A stretch of DNA of 64,000 nt from Vicugna vicugna (lineage: Eukaryota). Made by a program: the position numbers and the translations under genes. The notes below the pieces were generated by a model that saw only the letters and a program-made list of their open reading frames with translations, was not told where the DNA came from and did no database searches. How positions within the stretch are numbered: the stretch's first letter is position 1; each line of letters opens with the position of its first letter. Below, one piece after another: positions 12,556 through 35,239 of this stretch. The stretch is taken from positions 5,890,302 to 5,954,301 of the forward strand of contig MU058065.1 of the NCBI GenBank assembly GCA_013265495.1, given 5' to 3'.

Positions 12556-14031
12556 TTGTAGAACCTTCATTCACTACTTGGCATACACTCTTTCATTCTG
12601 TGTGGCTAATCATCTCATCTCCATGTGTCCTGTCTCCCCAGGGAGGTTCTGATCCCCTGGGTCAGAGCCCCCACTTTATTCATCCCTGTGTCTCCCTTGG
12701 CACCTTGAAGCTATCTGTGTGCCACACTCCAGAGGCCCTGCAAGCGAGTTTGTTAATGGGAGCAAGCATTGGGGATTGATTTTTGTGGTTTCGTTATGGC
12801 TGTAAATGGTATGTTATAGATTGCTTCTGTAGATGCACCCTGCTGCAATATTAGCAGAAATAAGCAGCCTGGTTGTCAGCGCAGGCAGAGGCCTGGGGCA
12901 GATGGGGCTCGATGACTCAGGCAGGGGAAATCCTGCCAGACCACATACCATTTCTCTGGCTTAAGAGCCTGTCATTGCCACCTCCTTGCAACCCCATCTC
13001 AGATACAGCCCTTGTCAGGGAGCATTACACAAAGGATGTGTCTCCAATATCCCACTACCAGGCTGGGAGCTCCTTGGGGCAGAAAAGGAGTTTTATTCAG
13101 ATCAACAAGAGCCTGACTCACAGGTCAATGAGAATGAATAAATGAATGGGTGGCTGGAGCCTGAGAAGCCTTTCCCTCGGGTACTCATGCATCCCCAAAA
13201 TCTTGGAGCACTTACTACATGTCAGGCACTGTGCTAGACATTGGAGATCAGTAGTGAACAAGGCCAATGTGGGCTCTGCCCTCCTGGAGCTCACATTCTG
13301 GAGTGGGGAACAGAAATCTATAGTCTCCTGGAATACAGGGTACCCTCCCCTAAGTCAAAAGTCATCATTTAGACACAGGCCACAATAGTCTGGGTGCTGT
13401 GAGGACCTTACTATTTCAAATTGCATTGATGATGTCATAATGGGCTCTATGGGATGGACCAAAGACCTCGCAGGTTGGAGCAGTGGGGCCACAGCAGGAG
13501 GAGGAGCTGATGGTGTCCATTCGGCCTCCGATAGACCTGGCCTCAGCTCGGAAGGAGGCAAGCAGGTGACCAATGATGCTCAGCCTCTCTGCCACGTCCA
13601 TTCCTAACTGGCTTCCGGGCTACCCTGAGGTAACCGGGCCTGTCTTCTAGGGCTGTCTCAGGTGGGAGTGTCCCAGCCAGTGCAGAGTGCCAACCTGTGA
13701 GCCATGCACTGTCTCAGAGATTGGGGGGATAAAAAGAGACTTGGTCTCTGCCATTGAGTTGCTGACAAATTAGACCTTGAGCAAGTGGCCCACCAGCACA
13801 TCATCCTCTTGGCTAACTTTGGAGGACCAGTGTGCTAAGTGGTGATGGAAATACTCTGAACAGCTTGCTCTGGTTCCTGAGCTTCTCTCCATATCGCCCC
13901 ATGATGTGGCACTGAGTTCAAGGGCAGCCCACCTGTTGGCACTTGTGGTTTTGAGAATCTAGATTAGTGTTACTTAGGATGGTCCAAGGATAGATTTATT
14001 TGCAGTACAGTTAGAAATACACATCCCTGGT

Positions 14032-14170
14032 GGGGGAGGGTACAGCTCAATGGTAGGGCTCATGCTTAGCATGCATGAGGTCCTGGGTTCAATCCCCAGT
14101 ACCTCCATTAAAAAAAAAAAAGGCTTAGAAAAAAAGATAGTAAAAGTTAATAAGTAAATAAATTTTTTAA
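14032..14170 (+). mobile_element. Camelid tRNA-derived SINE (vic-1-like)
   Basis: GGGGAGGGTACAGCTCAATGGTAG...GGTCCTGGGTTCAATCCCCAG (A/B boxes), A-rich tail, and 16-bp TSD with 2 mismatches (14015-14030 / 14171-14186). Confidence 0.88.
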
Positions 14171-14964
14171 AAATGCACATCACTGGGCCTTTGCCCAAAC
14201 CTTCCAAAGCAGAATTGTCAAGTCGGGAAGGGGGTGCTCATGATTCTGCATCATTTATGAAAACATTCTAGGTAATTCTTATCCTAAGCACTGCCCTAGA
14301 ATGGAAATACCTACCATACTCCCTAAGTTCCATATCTAGCTGGCCAGGGTGGGTTGGTTTCTCTGTCCAGAGATGGGTGTTGACTTTTGATATTTTATTA
14401 CTGATGAAAAGCCATGATTCAGAGGCTGCTGGTGGCCAGCTGTCAGCTTGGAAGGAATCAGAGGCCACTGAGAACAGAAATCTCTATCTTTTCAACCCAT
14501 CTATAAAATGCTTACTTGAGCAGACACTGTTTAAAGGCCATTAAAATACCAGACACAGAATAAGCCAGTCCCTGGAACTTTATAGACATATTTACTCAAA
14601 CCCAAGTGCTTGCAAAGAGTAAATAAAAGGGAAGCAAAATGAGCAAGCACCCCTAGAAATACGAACCGAAAGTAAACAGCCCTGTTCACTAAAATAAACA
14701 GGACAAATCCAGCGAGGATTAAATGACCTCTAGTCAGACAGGCTCGGAGCCAGAAATGTCCCGTCTTGGCTCCTGGAAGATGATCAGGTGAGGGCTTGTC
14801 CCCACCACCTGGGAGCATGAGCCCGGAGGGCCACCTTAGGAGGTCAGGGCCAGGCCTGCAAGGGCAGACACCACCCTTGAGGGTGTGCGTGCTGCACAGA
14901 ACCCCCTGGCAGGCTGCACTGGGCCTGAAATCTCCCAGATTAAAGATTAAGAAATATGCCCTAA

Positions 14965-15087
14965 GGGGAGGGTATAACTCAGTGGTAGAGCACATGCTTA
15001 GCATGCATGAGGTCCTGGGTTCAATCCCTAGTACCTTCATTAAATAAATAAACCTAATTGCTACCCCCCTAAAAAAACAAACAAAAA
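14965..15087 (+). mobile_element. Camelid tRNA-derived SINE (vic-1-like)
   Basis: Same tRNA-like head and A-rich tail as the 14032 copy. Confidence 0.88.
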
Positions 15088-16184
15088 GTGCACCCTGAAA
15101 GGCCTCTGATAAAGGACACATTTTCTGGAGGTGTAGCTTCTCAAGTCACTATTATTTGTGGTTTATTCATTAATTTAGCACACGTTTGTCTCTTTAGCAC
15201 TTGGCTATGTTTCAGGCCCTGTGCCAGTCGCTAAAGTTATCAAAGTGAAGAAGGCATAAACCTACCCTCAAGTTGCTCAGTTTAATGAGAGATAAGATTG
15301 AGAGATAATAATAGTGGACATTTATTACTTCTCTATTTATTTATTTATGTATTAAAGCACTTGAGCAGGGAAAAGGTGCTCAAGTCTGAGCCATCAGCCA
15401 AGACGGCTGGTCAAGACAGCTCCTGTTCATTTATTTTTTGGCAAACTTAACAATAAGCACTTCATATCTCATCTAATCCTCTTACTGTGATAAGGTTATT
15501 ACTGCTATCTACCCCCATTTTACAGATGAGGACACTGAGGCTCACCGTCTGTGATATGGTAGGCAAAGTTTAACAATTAGCTCTCTGGAAGAAAATAAAC
15601 AAACAAACAAATCAAAAGCCATGATTTGTAGGATTTGCCAGTCGCAGTAGTGTAAATACTCCCAGGCCGGTTTCAAGCCACCAGCCTAAAGTCGCTGAAG
15701 GTGGAGCTGGAAGGGGTGGGAGTGTGAGCTGGCTACAACATAGCATTGCAGATAGGGCCTGCAGCCAGTTGGTGGAGGGGGTGGAGCTTGAACTCAGCTG
15801 CATCTGATCCTGAGCTCAGGCACAGGACCACTTTGTTATACTGTCAATAATTACACGAGATCATTGACATTTGAGAGGGAAACATCTTAAGACCTTTGTG
15901 AAGCACTGGTTTTACAATGCTCCATAAATTTCCCAAGGTTAATCACCAGTGCTTCCCTATATCTCTTTGTTTTTATCACCCACAGGAACGGTTGGTTTTA
16001 TTTTGAGGGCCATTTAAAAAAAAACTTTATATCTTGAAATAATTATACATTCCCAGGAGGCTGCAAAAATAGTACAGAGAGGTCCTGTCTACCCTTCACC
16101 CAGTTTCCCTCAGTGGTTACATCTTACATAACTACAGTACACTATGGCAACCAAGCCAGTGACATTGTTCTAGGCCATATTGTC

Positions 16185-16379
16185 AAGGATCACTGGATTT
16201 AGCAAATAAAAATACAGGACACTCAGTTAAATTTTGTTTTTAGGGTAAGTATATCCCAAGTATTGCATGGGATATACTTTTGTTAAGAAATTATTCTTTG
16301 TAAAAAAAAAAGAAATTATTCTTTGTTTATCTGAAATTCAAACTTAACTGGGTGTCCTGTCTTTTAGCTGGCATCCCTA
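16185..16379. mobile_element. MER53-like palindromic hAT MITE nested in an old L1
   Basis: GATTTAGCAAATAAAAATACAGGACACTCAGTTAAATTT...CTGAAATTCAAACTTAACTGGGTGTCCTGT...CTGGCATCCCTA; internally palindromic. Confidence 0.75.
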
Positions 16380-18294
16380 ACTTTATCACATGGGTAGTTA
16401 CACAACCACCACCATAATCATGATACAGAACTATTTTAACACAAAGATGTTCCCTCGAGAAAGCCACACCCATCCCATCCCCACAACTTCCCTAACCGTT
16501 GGCAACCACTCATCTGCTCTCCATGTCTATAATTTTGTCATTTTTTTCACTTAGCATAATGCCTGTGAGATCCATCCAAGTTGCCGCACTTATCAACAGT
16601 TTGTCCCTTTTTATTATTGGGGAATATTCTACGAGGGCCATTTCTCATAAATAACAATTATTTTTAAAAATTTCATTCATTCGAGAAATATTTATTGTAT
16701 ATCTACTATGTGCTAGGCGCAGACACAGGGAAGATGGGAACTGGTTGCAGTCAGGGTTGGGGTATTTGCCAGGCAAGTAAGCAAACCCAGAGTGAGCAAG
16801 AGATGTGGAGCTGTGTGCAAGGAAATGATTATAATGATGGAGCAGATGAGTTATGCTGGGCTGGAGGCGAGAGGAGTGAAGAACAGGAAAGAGGCAGGAT
16901 CAATAGTTTGTAGTGCTTGTGTAGCTGAGCATTGAATGGAGTTGGGTACCTTTTTCTGAAGGTCTCCGTATCTCAACTTCAACTGACTTTGTTTAAAATA
17001 TCAACATCAAACGAAACATTCCATTCAACATCAGACATAATTTCCATGTCATAGCATCAAACAGCTTTTCATGGGCTTTTTTAAACTGAAGGCTTTAGGG
17101 TTAAATGCTAACTAACAAAACCTTACCAACTCAATCCGGGTACAGAAGAAAACAAAAATTATGGTCACAGAAAGCACTTAAAGATCATCTTTCCAACTGC
17201 TGCTTTTTAAATTTACTTAGTTTTTAAAAGTTTTTTATGTACACACATAGAAAACATTCAGAAAGTTCAAAAGGATTTGTAGGGATCTGTTTTATAGGAA
17301 TAAGGAAGTGTCCCTTCTACTCCCAACCCTCAGCTACCTCACCCTCCTTCCCAGAGTCAATTACCATTTTTTGCGGTTCCTGATGTATATTAAACACATA
17401 AGAATAGGTGTGTGTGTGCATTTATACACACAAAGGACAGCATGCCATAACTGCTATGCTGCGTCTTGTTTTTCACTTAGTAGTCTATCTTAGAAATGGT
17501 TCCCTACCACTACCTGTAGAGGTACTTCATTCTTTTAACAATAAAAAGTGTTTTTCAAACCTCTCTCCTAGAACATGATTGGTTGGAAATTATAATCTTG
17601 CCTGAGCTACTCACCTCAAGGCATCCTGGGACTTGCAGTTCTTACTCAGTTGAGGCTTGCTCAGAAATCAGGACTTGACGAGAAAACATGTGTTGGAAAC
17701 TAAAGTGCCCTTTCAATGATTACGTAAGAGAACAAAGTGCGCTGTGTTATGCAAGCCCCTATCATTTCATCCAGAAGCAAATTATTTATTTATTTAAACA
17801 ACCAAGATACCTACCAGCAATGAGATACCCAGTGCTGTCTTGGCATCAGGAAATCAAGGTCATTTGATTCATACCCAGTACCAGTTCCTTACCCAGAGAT
17901 GACCACTCTCCTTCCAAACCTACTTCCATAAATTTACACATATATTTATATAAAACCTAGAAATTTGGTTCACTGAGTAAGTTTCACCAAAATGCTTTTG
18001 CCCCATAAATATTATTCTGGAAATTGCATTTTTTTTTCACTCAACAATATATTTGGCACTTTTTTCTACGATAATACATAAAGATTGACCTCACACTGTT
18101 GTTTACTGCCATATGATACTCTAAAAAACACTGTGTCTCAAACTTTTTTGTGAGTTGAGATCATCTAACGATCACGTTAACATGCAGGTTCTGATTCGGC
18201 AGGTCTAGGGTAAGCCCTGATGGTCTGCATTTCTGAAAAATTCCCTCGTCAACAAAACACACTCTGAGGAACAGAGGTGTAGAGTATGGGTGAA

Positions 18295-18635
18295 GTTGTG
18301 TGTTAGAACTGACTTGGACCAGCTCATAAGAACTGACTCTCAAATTGCTAGGAATTTTGTGATCCTATCATTAAACACAGTGATTATTTAAAAATTAATT
18401 CATGTAAACTTACAAGTAAATAAATCATATTACAGAGATAACAAATACTCAAAAATCATCGTTTTCCTAATTATTTTACTATAAATCTATGCTCCTGAGG
18501 TTATTTATGTCTACTATACATTTGGTAGAAATCTACACAATGATGTAGTTTTCCCAACTTCCCAACTCCACGTTCAGTTCACATTGGCAGCCTGAAATTG
18601 GCCACAGGGAGTGTTCACATGACAGAAACTAGGTA
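18295..18635. mobile_element. MER63-like hAT DNA transposon fragment (a second, opposite-strand piece at ~15590-15730)
   Basis: AAACTTACAAGTAAATAAAT...TTCCTAATTATTTTACTA...TCCCAACTCCACGTTCAG...TGAAATTGGCCA. Confidence 0.6.
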
Positions 18636-20062
18636 GAAAGGCATACATCACCCCAAGCCTTTTCCAGCACTTGCTATTACCAATCTTTTTCATTTTTGCT
18701 AATCTGACAAAGCAAACATGGTATCTCATTTTTAATTTGCATTCCCTGGTTACAGTGAGATTGGGTTATGTATATGCTTATTCTTAGGAATTTAATAGTA
18801 CTTTTTATTCTTGTAAATAAGCCCTTTCTCCTATTACATTTTCTAGTTGATTACCATACAGGACACTCCTTCTATCAGTTCTAACAGCTTATCAGTCTAT
18901 TTTCTTGGAGGTTCTATTTAATCATATCATCTATGAACAGCGACAGCTTGTGCTTTTCCATGTATGTAATTGTATGTTTTGTGGACCTGGCTCTGACTGC
19001 AGGTCCACATTGACTACTGGTGATAATAGCTCATCAGTACCTTGCTTCTGATTTGAACAGGGACACTTCTCTATTTCCTCAATAATGTCTACCGTAGATT
19101 TCTGCAGGTAGTCTCCTTTATCCTTTATCTTCCAGTTTCTTAAGAGGATTTTGGTTTTGTTTTTATTAAGACTGGATGTTCAATTTATCAAACGTTTACT
19201 TTCACTTTCTAAGTTTTGCATTTTGGTGATATTTGAATTTCTCACATTAACCTGCACTATTTTTAAACTATCAAACAATGCATTTTAATTTTTTATTTTT
19301 ATGTTTTTGTGATTTGAATTAAGTTTTATCTGCACTTACTTTTAATTGAAGTTTAGTTGATTTGCAATGTTGTCAACTTGTACTCTTTTTTGTGATTAGG
19401 AGAACATTTTTAAGCCTCCCTCCCTTATATGTTGTACTCGTTTCAGCTCTTTTCACTGTCCTTGAATGTGTCCCTTCCCCAGTAGCCAGCCTCTGGCTCC
19501 TCAGAGAACAAGAATGTTCTCTCCATGTCCCACTCAGCAGTGAAATTTTATACATAATGGCATTTCAATAAATGGCTGGGAATGCCATGAATTAAACCAT
19601 CACCTAGTGTGCATAGTCCTGAACACTCCATTGCAATGTCTACACCTTTGAAGTGAGGGCTACAGGATCTTTCCGACTACTCCCCACTCCTCCAGACATT
19701 CCTACCTCAGTCCATAAGCGTCAGGTTGCTCCATTGACCTGTAATCTCTGGAATGTTAATAACCCTGTTTTGAACCTAGAGGCCACCAAGGGTCTTGATC
19801 AGAACTGATGGCTAAGCAGGTGCCTGGGTTTTTTAAATTGCTACTCACCACTCTTGACATAGGAATATTGGAACTGCCTCCAAGAACATACGGAGTTTGT
19901 TTTTTTTTCCCTATCATTTTAAGAAGTGGGACGAGTACAGATACCAGAGTCAAATCCCAGATGAATCCAAACAGCTGTGTGATCTCGGGCAAGTCATTCA
20001 TTTCTCCATCCCTTAGGGACCTCCCATATTAACATAACGTTTACCAAGAAAAGGGCCCAGAA

Positions 20063-20184
20063 GAATTATATCCAATATTTTGTAATAACCTGTAATGGAA
20101 GAGAATCTGAAAAAGAACATATGTATATTTGAATTACTTGAAACTAACACAACATTGTAAATCAACTATACTTCAAACAAAGAA
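20063..20184 (+). mobile_element. 5'-truncated L1 3' end upstream of the DNPEP promoter
   Basis: AACACAACATTGTAAATCAACTATACTTCAA tail; perfect 17-bp TSD AAGAAAAGGGCCCAGAA at 20046-20062 and 20185-20201. Confidence 0.82.
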
Positions 20185-20705
20185 AAGAAAAGGGCCCAGA
20201 AAAGATCTGAGAGTGGGTGGTTCCAAGCCCCAGAAATCAAATTAACTGTGTCCAAACCCCACCTTTGCCACTTACTACTTTGGACAGGTTATTCTCTCTG
20301 CGTTTCGATTTGGTCATGTATAAATGGGGACACTAAAGATACAAAGTTGACAGGGCAGGGATGAAGATTAAACGAGATAGCACGTTAAATTTTATCATAA
20401 AACTAAAACTCATGAACGCTCCATGAACACTACCCATGTGGCTTTTATTATCACCAGGGTGCCTGTGGAGAGAGAGAGCTCTTTGTACAGCACCCGTCGG
20501 ACCAGGTGAGCTGGCCAGGTGTTTTTATGCGGACTTCCTAACCCCGGGTAGGGGTGGGGGCAGGCGGTTCCCCGCTGTTCTAGCACCTCCGGGTCGGCAG
20601 AGGGCGCCCGTCACCGCCGCGGAGGAGGGCGGGTCGAGCGGCGGGGGCGGTTCGGGTCGCGGGATTGGGGGCGGGCCGAGCGGACGCAGGCCCGCGCGAA
20701 AGGCT

Positions 20706-30351
<9,646 letters not shown>

Positions 30352-30417
30352 GGCCTCTTGGAAAGACTTCTCTTGCACTCGAGAAGGGAACATTCTCAGC
30401 TGAGCTGAAGCTGGATT

Positions 30418-30423
30418 ATTAAA
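30418..30423 (+). terminator. DNPEP polyadenylation signal (ATTAAA)
   Basis: ATTAAA 67 nt after the stop codon; the homologous hexamer is kept in the paralogous copies at 38606 and 50628. Confidence 0.75.
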
Positions 30424-31209
30424 GTGAATTTTTCACTCAAACTCATTCTGTAGTGCTAATTTAGAGGTTGGAGAGGTGGGAGTTCAACCTGGCTTAAACT
30501 TCTGGAACCAGAACAGATGGGGAGGTTAGGGTACAGGTAGAAAAGGCTACAGCTTCTGGAAGTTGATGGAGGCCTGATTTCAAATCTCTTTTCTTTCTTT
30601 TTTAAGCTCCTGCCGGATGCAGAGGGTGGGTGGGTTCACAACGAGAGGGTTACTTCTCCCATCCCCAGGCCTTCCATTCCTAGAGTAGTCCAGGAGCCCA
30701 GCTTGGTCCTCTCAGGCCTGGGTGCTCAGCATTAGCGCCCCCTTAGCTGCCCTGGGCAGCCCAGACTTTCCCTCCCTCCCCTAATCCCTCCCTGCCCATC
30801 CCAGGCACAGTAAAGAGGAGGACACAGTCTGGACTTCAGCCTCACCCTTCCTCATCCCCTTCACTTAGCAGCTGCTCGTGTTACTTGATTGTTAATGTAT
30901 TACCAAGAAAAGATTATCACTGAAAAGATCAAAATAGGAAAAGTCAAAGTCTGCTCATAAACTCTTCTATCAAAACAGTTGTGCTAATTGCTGTCTTTCC
31001 AATTACTTGGATACCAATATAAAAATTTTTTATATAAAATGACCATTTAAGTTTTTAAAAACAAGATGCATAAACAATGCTTGTGGAGTTAAAACATACA
31101 TGATTAAACACAGTACCGTAAAACTCAGGAGAAGTATACGTGTTAAAGAGTCCTAAGGTTCTTGCAATGTCCAGGAAGAGAGTGAAGGAATCAGTTAATA
31201 CTATACCTA

Positions 31210-31336
31210 TTTTTTTCCCTGGGGGAGGTAATTTGGTTTACTCATTTATTTATATTTCTGATGGAGGTGCTGGGGATTGAACCCAGGACCTCATGCATGC
31301 TAGGCATGCATTCTACCACTGAGCTGTACCCTCCCC
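31210..31336 (-). mobile_element. Camelid tRNA-derived SINE (vic-1-like)
   Basis: Reverse complement of the same SINE (GGGGATTGAACCCAGGACCTCATGCATGCTAGGCATG...CTACCACTGAGCTGTACCCTCCCC) with a degenerate TSD. Confidence 0.88.
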
Positions 31337-31421
31337 ACTTAATATTATACTTTGAAGTCAAGGATACATACTGTAATTTTTAAGAAAACCACTAAAAGTT
31401 CAGAAAGAATCTATAGCTTCC

Positions 31422-31889
31422 ATTAGGGGTTGAATTGTGTCCGCCCAAAAATGTTGAAATCCTAACCCCTAGTACCTATCAGCGTGTTCTTACTTAGAAA
31501 TAGGGTCTTTGCAGATGATCAAGTTAAGATGAGGTCATTATTGTGGGTCCTCATCGAATATGACTGTGTCCTTGTAAAAAGGGGAAATGTGGACACACAG
31601 ACAGACATGCACAGAGGGAAGAAGATATGAAGACAGGGAGGATGCTGTGTGAAAATATAGGATCCGAGTGATGCATTTACAAGCCAAGGAGAGTCAAAGA
31701 TTGCCAGCAAACCACGTGAAGCCAGCAGGAGGTGGGAAGGATTCCCCTACAGGTTTCAGAGGGAGCACAGCCCTGCCAACACCTGGATTCCAGGCTTCTA
31801 GCCTCCAGAACTGTAAGAGAACAAATTTCTGTGGTGTCAAGCCACCTGGTTTGTGGTACTTTGTTATAGCAGCCCAAGGAAACAGTACA
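31422..31889 (+). mobile_element. MaLR solo LTR (MLT1-type)
   Basis: GGGTTGAATTGTGTCC...TAGGGTCTTTGCAGATG...GCCTCCAGAACTGTAAGAGAACAAATTTCTGT...TTTGTTATAGCAGCC. Confidence 0.85.
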
Positions 31890-34649
31890 ACTTCAAACTA
31901 ATTGAGTGAGGAAAATGGGGTAATAAAAAATAATAGGTCTATTCTGCAACTTCACTTCAAATGGTTCAGCAAAACCATATTATGTATGTAATAGAATATA
32001 GTAAAATGAGTTGACTCTAGGACAAAAAGCATTGACTCCAGGTAGAGAGACCGTAGGTGTTCATTGTACTATTTTTTTCAAACTTTTGTACGTTTGAACA
32101 TTTTTATACTAAAAGTGTGGGGACAAATTTTAAAAATTCAACCCGAAAGAAGGAGAAATGAGGAAAAAGAAGGCGAAGCAATAGAAAGCACTTAAGATGG
32201 TAGACAAACTCACATAGCTCTAGTTACAATATTAATAAGTGGACTAATTATATCGTGAAGTTGTTGCTTAAAAAAAGTGGACTGTTTCAGTTAAAATACA
32301 GAGACTGTCAGACTCAAAACAAAAAGATATAGAAAGCTGACAAAACATTACTATAGATTCTTTTTTGAATTTCACAAATGTCTTATATGTACTCTTTTTG
32401 TCCAGATTCTCAGATTCTTTTTTTTTTCCCCAATTTTCCTGGCTTATTTTGATCAATGTAGTATTTTTGAGATTTACCTATGTGGTAGCATCTGGAAGTA
32501 GTTCTTTCCTTTTTATTGCTAAATATTATTCTTTTATGTAACTATACCATAGTTTCTTCATCCATTCTCCTACTGACGATAATGGGTTGCTTCTAGTGTT
32601 TGTCTATGATGAAGAAAGCTCTTAAGAACATTCTAATACAAGTATATTTGTGGACAAATACTCATTACCCTTGGATATACAACTAGGAATAGAATTGCGA
32701 GATTATAGGATAGATGCATGCTTATTTTTATAAAACACTGCCAAACAAGTTTACAAAGTGGCTGTGCCATTTTACACACCCACCAGAAATATGAGAGTTG
32801 CAGTTGCTTTACACCTTTACCTACACTTGGTATTGTCAGTCTCTTTAATTTTAGCCATTCTATTCAGTGTGTAGTGGTAACTTACTGTGATTTTAATTTG
32901 CCTTTTCCTGATAAGTAATTTTGAGCACTTTTTTTTGTGAGCGTATTGGCCATTTGGATGTCCTTATGTGAAGTTACTATTCAAATATTTTGATCATTTT
33001 CACTGAATTATTCATCCTGGTCTTATTCATAATATTGAGTATACATACACACATAGAACTTACATTCTGAATGTTTGTGTATGTACATATATATTCAGAA
33101 TCCAAGTCCATTAGATACATGCATCACATTGTCCCCCAGTGTGGGGCTAGTAAAGTTGATTGATTTTTAAAATATTTTTCAGTTTTATTGAGGTATAATT
33201 TACATACAAGAAACCGCACCCATTTAAAGTATACGATTCTGTGAATGTTTAGATATATACTCCTGATAAACCACTTCCACAATCAAGATCCAGAACATTC
33301 CCGTCACCCCCCCAAAAGATTCCTTGTACCCCCTGTGCAATCAATCAATCTCCCTCCACCCCTGAGCCCCAAGCAACCAGTAATCTGCTTTCTGTCAATG
33401 TAGATTAGTTTGCATTAGTTTTGCCTTTTTTGGAATTTTACATCAATGGAATCACGCAGTCTGTGATTTCTGTGTCTAGTGCATAATCACCCGATTGTTT
33501 CTCCTTAGATCTATTAACATGGAGAATTATGCTGATGGATTTTTTCCTAATATCAAGTCATACTTAGATTCCCAGAACACGTCACATTATATTATTTTTT
33601 AATGGGTCATTAATTGTGTTTGACAACATTTTATTTCACTTTATTTGGGATTTTTGTGTGTGTATTTATAAATAAGATTGATTTGCAGGGTTTTTGGTGT
33701 GTTACCAGGTTTAGGTATTTTACTTTTGCTTCATAAAAATGTTTTTGGAAAATTTCCTGTTTTATTTACTTATTTAATTATGCTCTGAACAATTTAAACA
33801 GCATCCTAGGATTATCTGTCTTGAAAATGTGTAGACTTCCCCTGCAAAATCGTACTGACCTTGATGCTGCTTTGTGGAAATTTCTTTCATAAATTTCTCT
33901 ATTTGTTGTATGGAAATTGGTGTGCTTAAACTTTCTATCTCTAATGGCATCAATTTTTGTAAATTTTATGTTTTAGAAGTTGGTCATGTTATCTAAGTGC
34001 TCATATTTATTTGCATGGTTCTCTAAAGCAGTCTCACTGGTAAGTTTTTCTCCTCTGGGTAATAATTTCTCCCTCTAATTTCATAATTTCTCTCCTCTCT
34101 CTCTCCTTCTCCCCTTCCCCCATTTCCCTCCTTTCTTCTTCTTCCTCTTCTTCCTTTTTGCATTTTTTCATTCTCCCTTTTTCTCTTAAGTTAGCTAGTA
34201 GTTTGCCTATTTGGTGGATCTTTTCTTAAGTACCGGCGGGGGTATGTATTCATTAGTGCTAAGCATGTTGGTGATAAACCTGCCTGCTGTTGTATCTCAA
34301 TTACCAAGCCTCTCACTCACTGGGGACGGCAGTGGTGGCTGTCCTCTCAGGCAGGGTTGACGGCAGGGAACGCTGCTTCAGAACTGAGCTCCCTAGTGTT
34401 GATGTGATAATGGCATTCAGAACGGCAGAGACCAGGTGGCAGCACTTTACCACGAGAGTTGGTAGTATTTTGTGTCTCCCAATTATGCTGTAAGCACAGG
34501 TTCTGAGTATTTTTATTTCCTTCTTTCTCCTTTTTGTTAAACTGCATGATTTCTGGAGGATTCTTAGAGAGATTTGGACTCAGGCAGCTGCTGATAGCCC
34601 ATGGGGACTGCAAATGTTACTTGTAATAGTAAAATGTTGACGGTGTTTG

Positions 34650-35115
34650 CAGAGGGCGCTGTGGGTAACCTAACTGCGTCTCTCACTCTTCCCACTTCAG
34701 TGAACTTGACCCCACTTCCAACTGCCAATATCTGTACTTCTTTGCCTGCAGGCTTTCTTTTGCTGCTTGACTACAGTTTTCCACTCACATGGCAGTTGGA
34801 AATGCTAGGGAACTCATGCTCTCTACCCCAGAGCAGCTCTAACCAGTGACTGGTGAGACTTTGGGTATGAATCCCCCAGCTCCCGCATGTCTTGGGTGAG
34901 ATAACTCCCCAAGGTGTGTAGTTTACACTAGCTCCCAGAGTCTCTCCAGCAGGATTAAGCCCAGAATTAAGCCTGATAACACACCCCTTTATTGGCCACC
35001 CTCCCTTCCTTGTCTCACTGCCCCGCATCCCTACCAGTGTTCTCCTTCACCTCCCAAATAAACTCCTTGCCCTCAGATTCTTGTCTGGGGTCTGCTTCTG
35101 GGGAAACCTAAAGTA
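34650..35115 (+). mobile_element. ERVL-type solo LTR (LTR16-like)
   Basis: ATAACACACCCTTTATTGGC...CACCTCCCAAATAAACTCCTTGCCCTCAGATTCTTGTCTGGGGTCTGCTTCTGGGGAAACC. Confidence 0.65.
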
Positions 35116-35239
35116 AGTTAGAATTCCTTTGAAATTGAGAATAAGTTAAGAATGCCTGCTATTCTGTTTCTATTGAACACTGTACTGTAGGTCCTGAATT
35201 GGAGTGGGCAACTCCGAGTGTATGGTGAATAGAAGACAT

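Noticed and set aside
14032..14106. tRNA-like sequences (also at 14965, 31260, 43453) as tRNA genes
   Set aside because: They have A-rich tails, TSDs and diverged copies, so they are tRNA-derived SINEs.
14531..15121. 196-aa minus-strand ORF (and the related ORFs at 13974 and 43352 with VLGIEPRTSCMLSM-like peptides)
   Set aside because: The shared peptide is the antisense translation of the SINE; no gene structure.
1..20400. Desmin (DES) or other coding exons in the left part of the window
   Set aside because: No intermediate-filament or other recognisable peptide was found; DES proximity is only a synteny inference.
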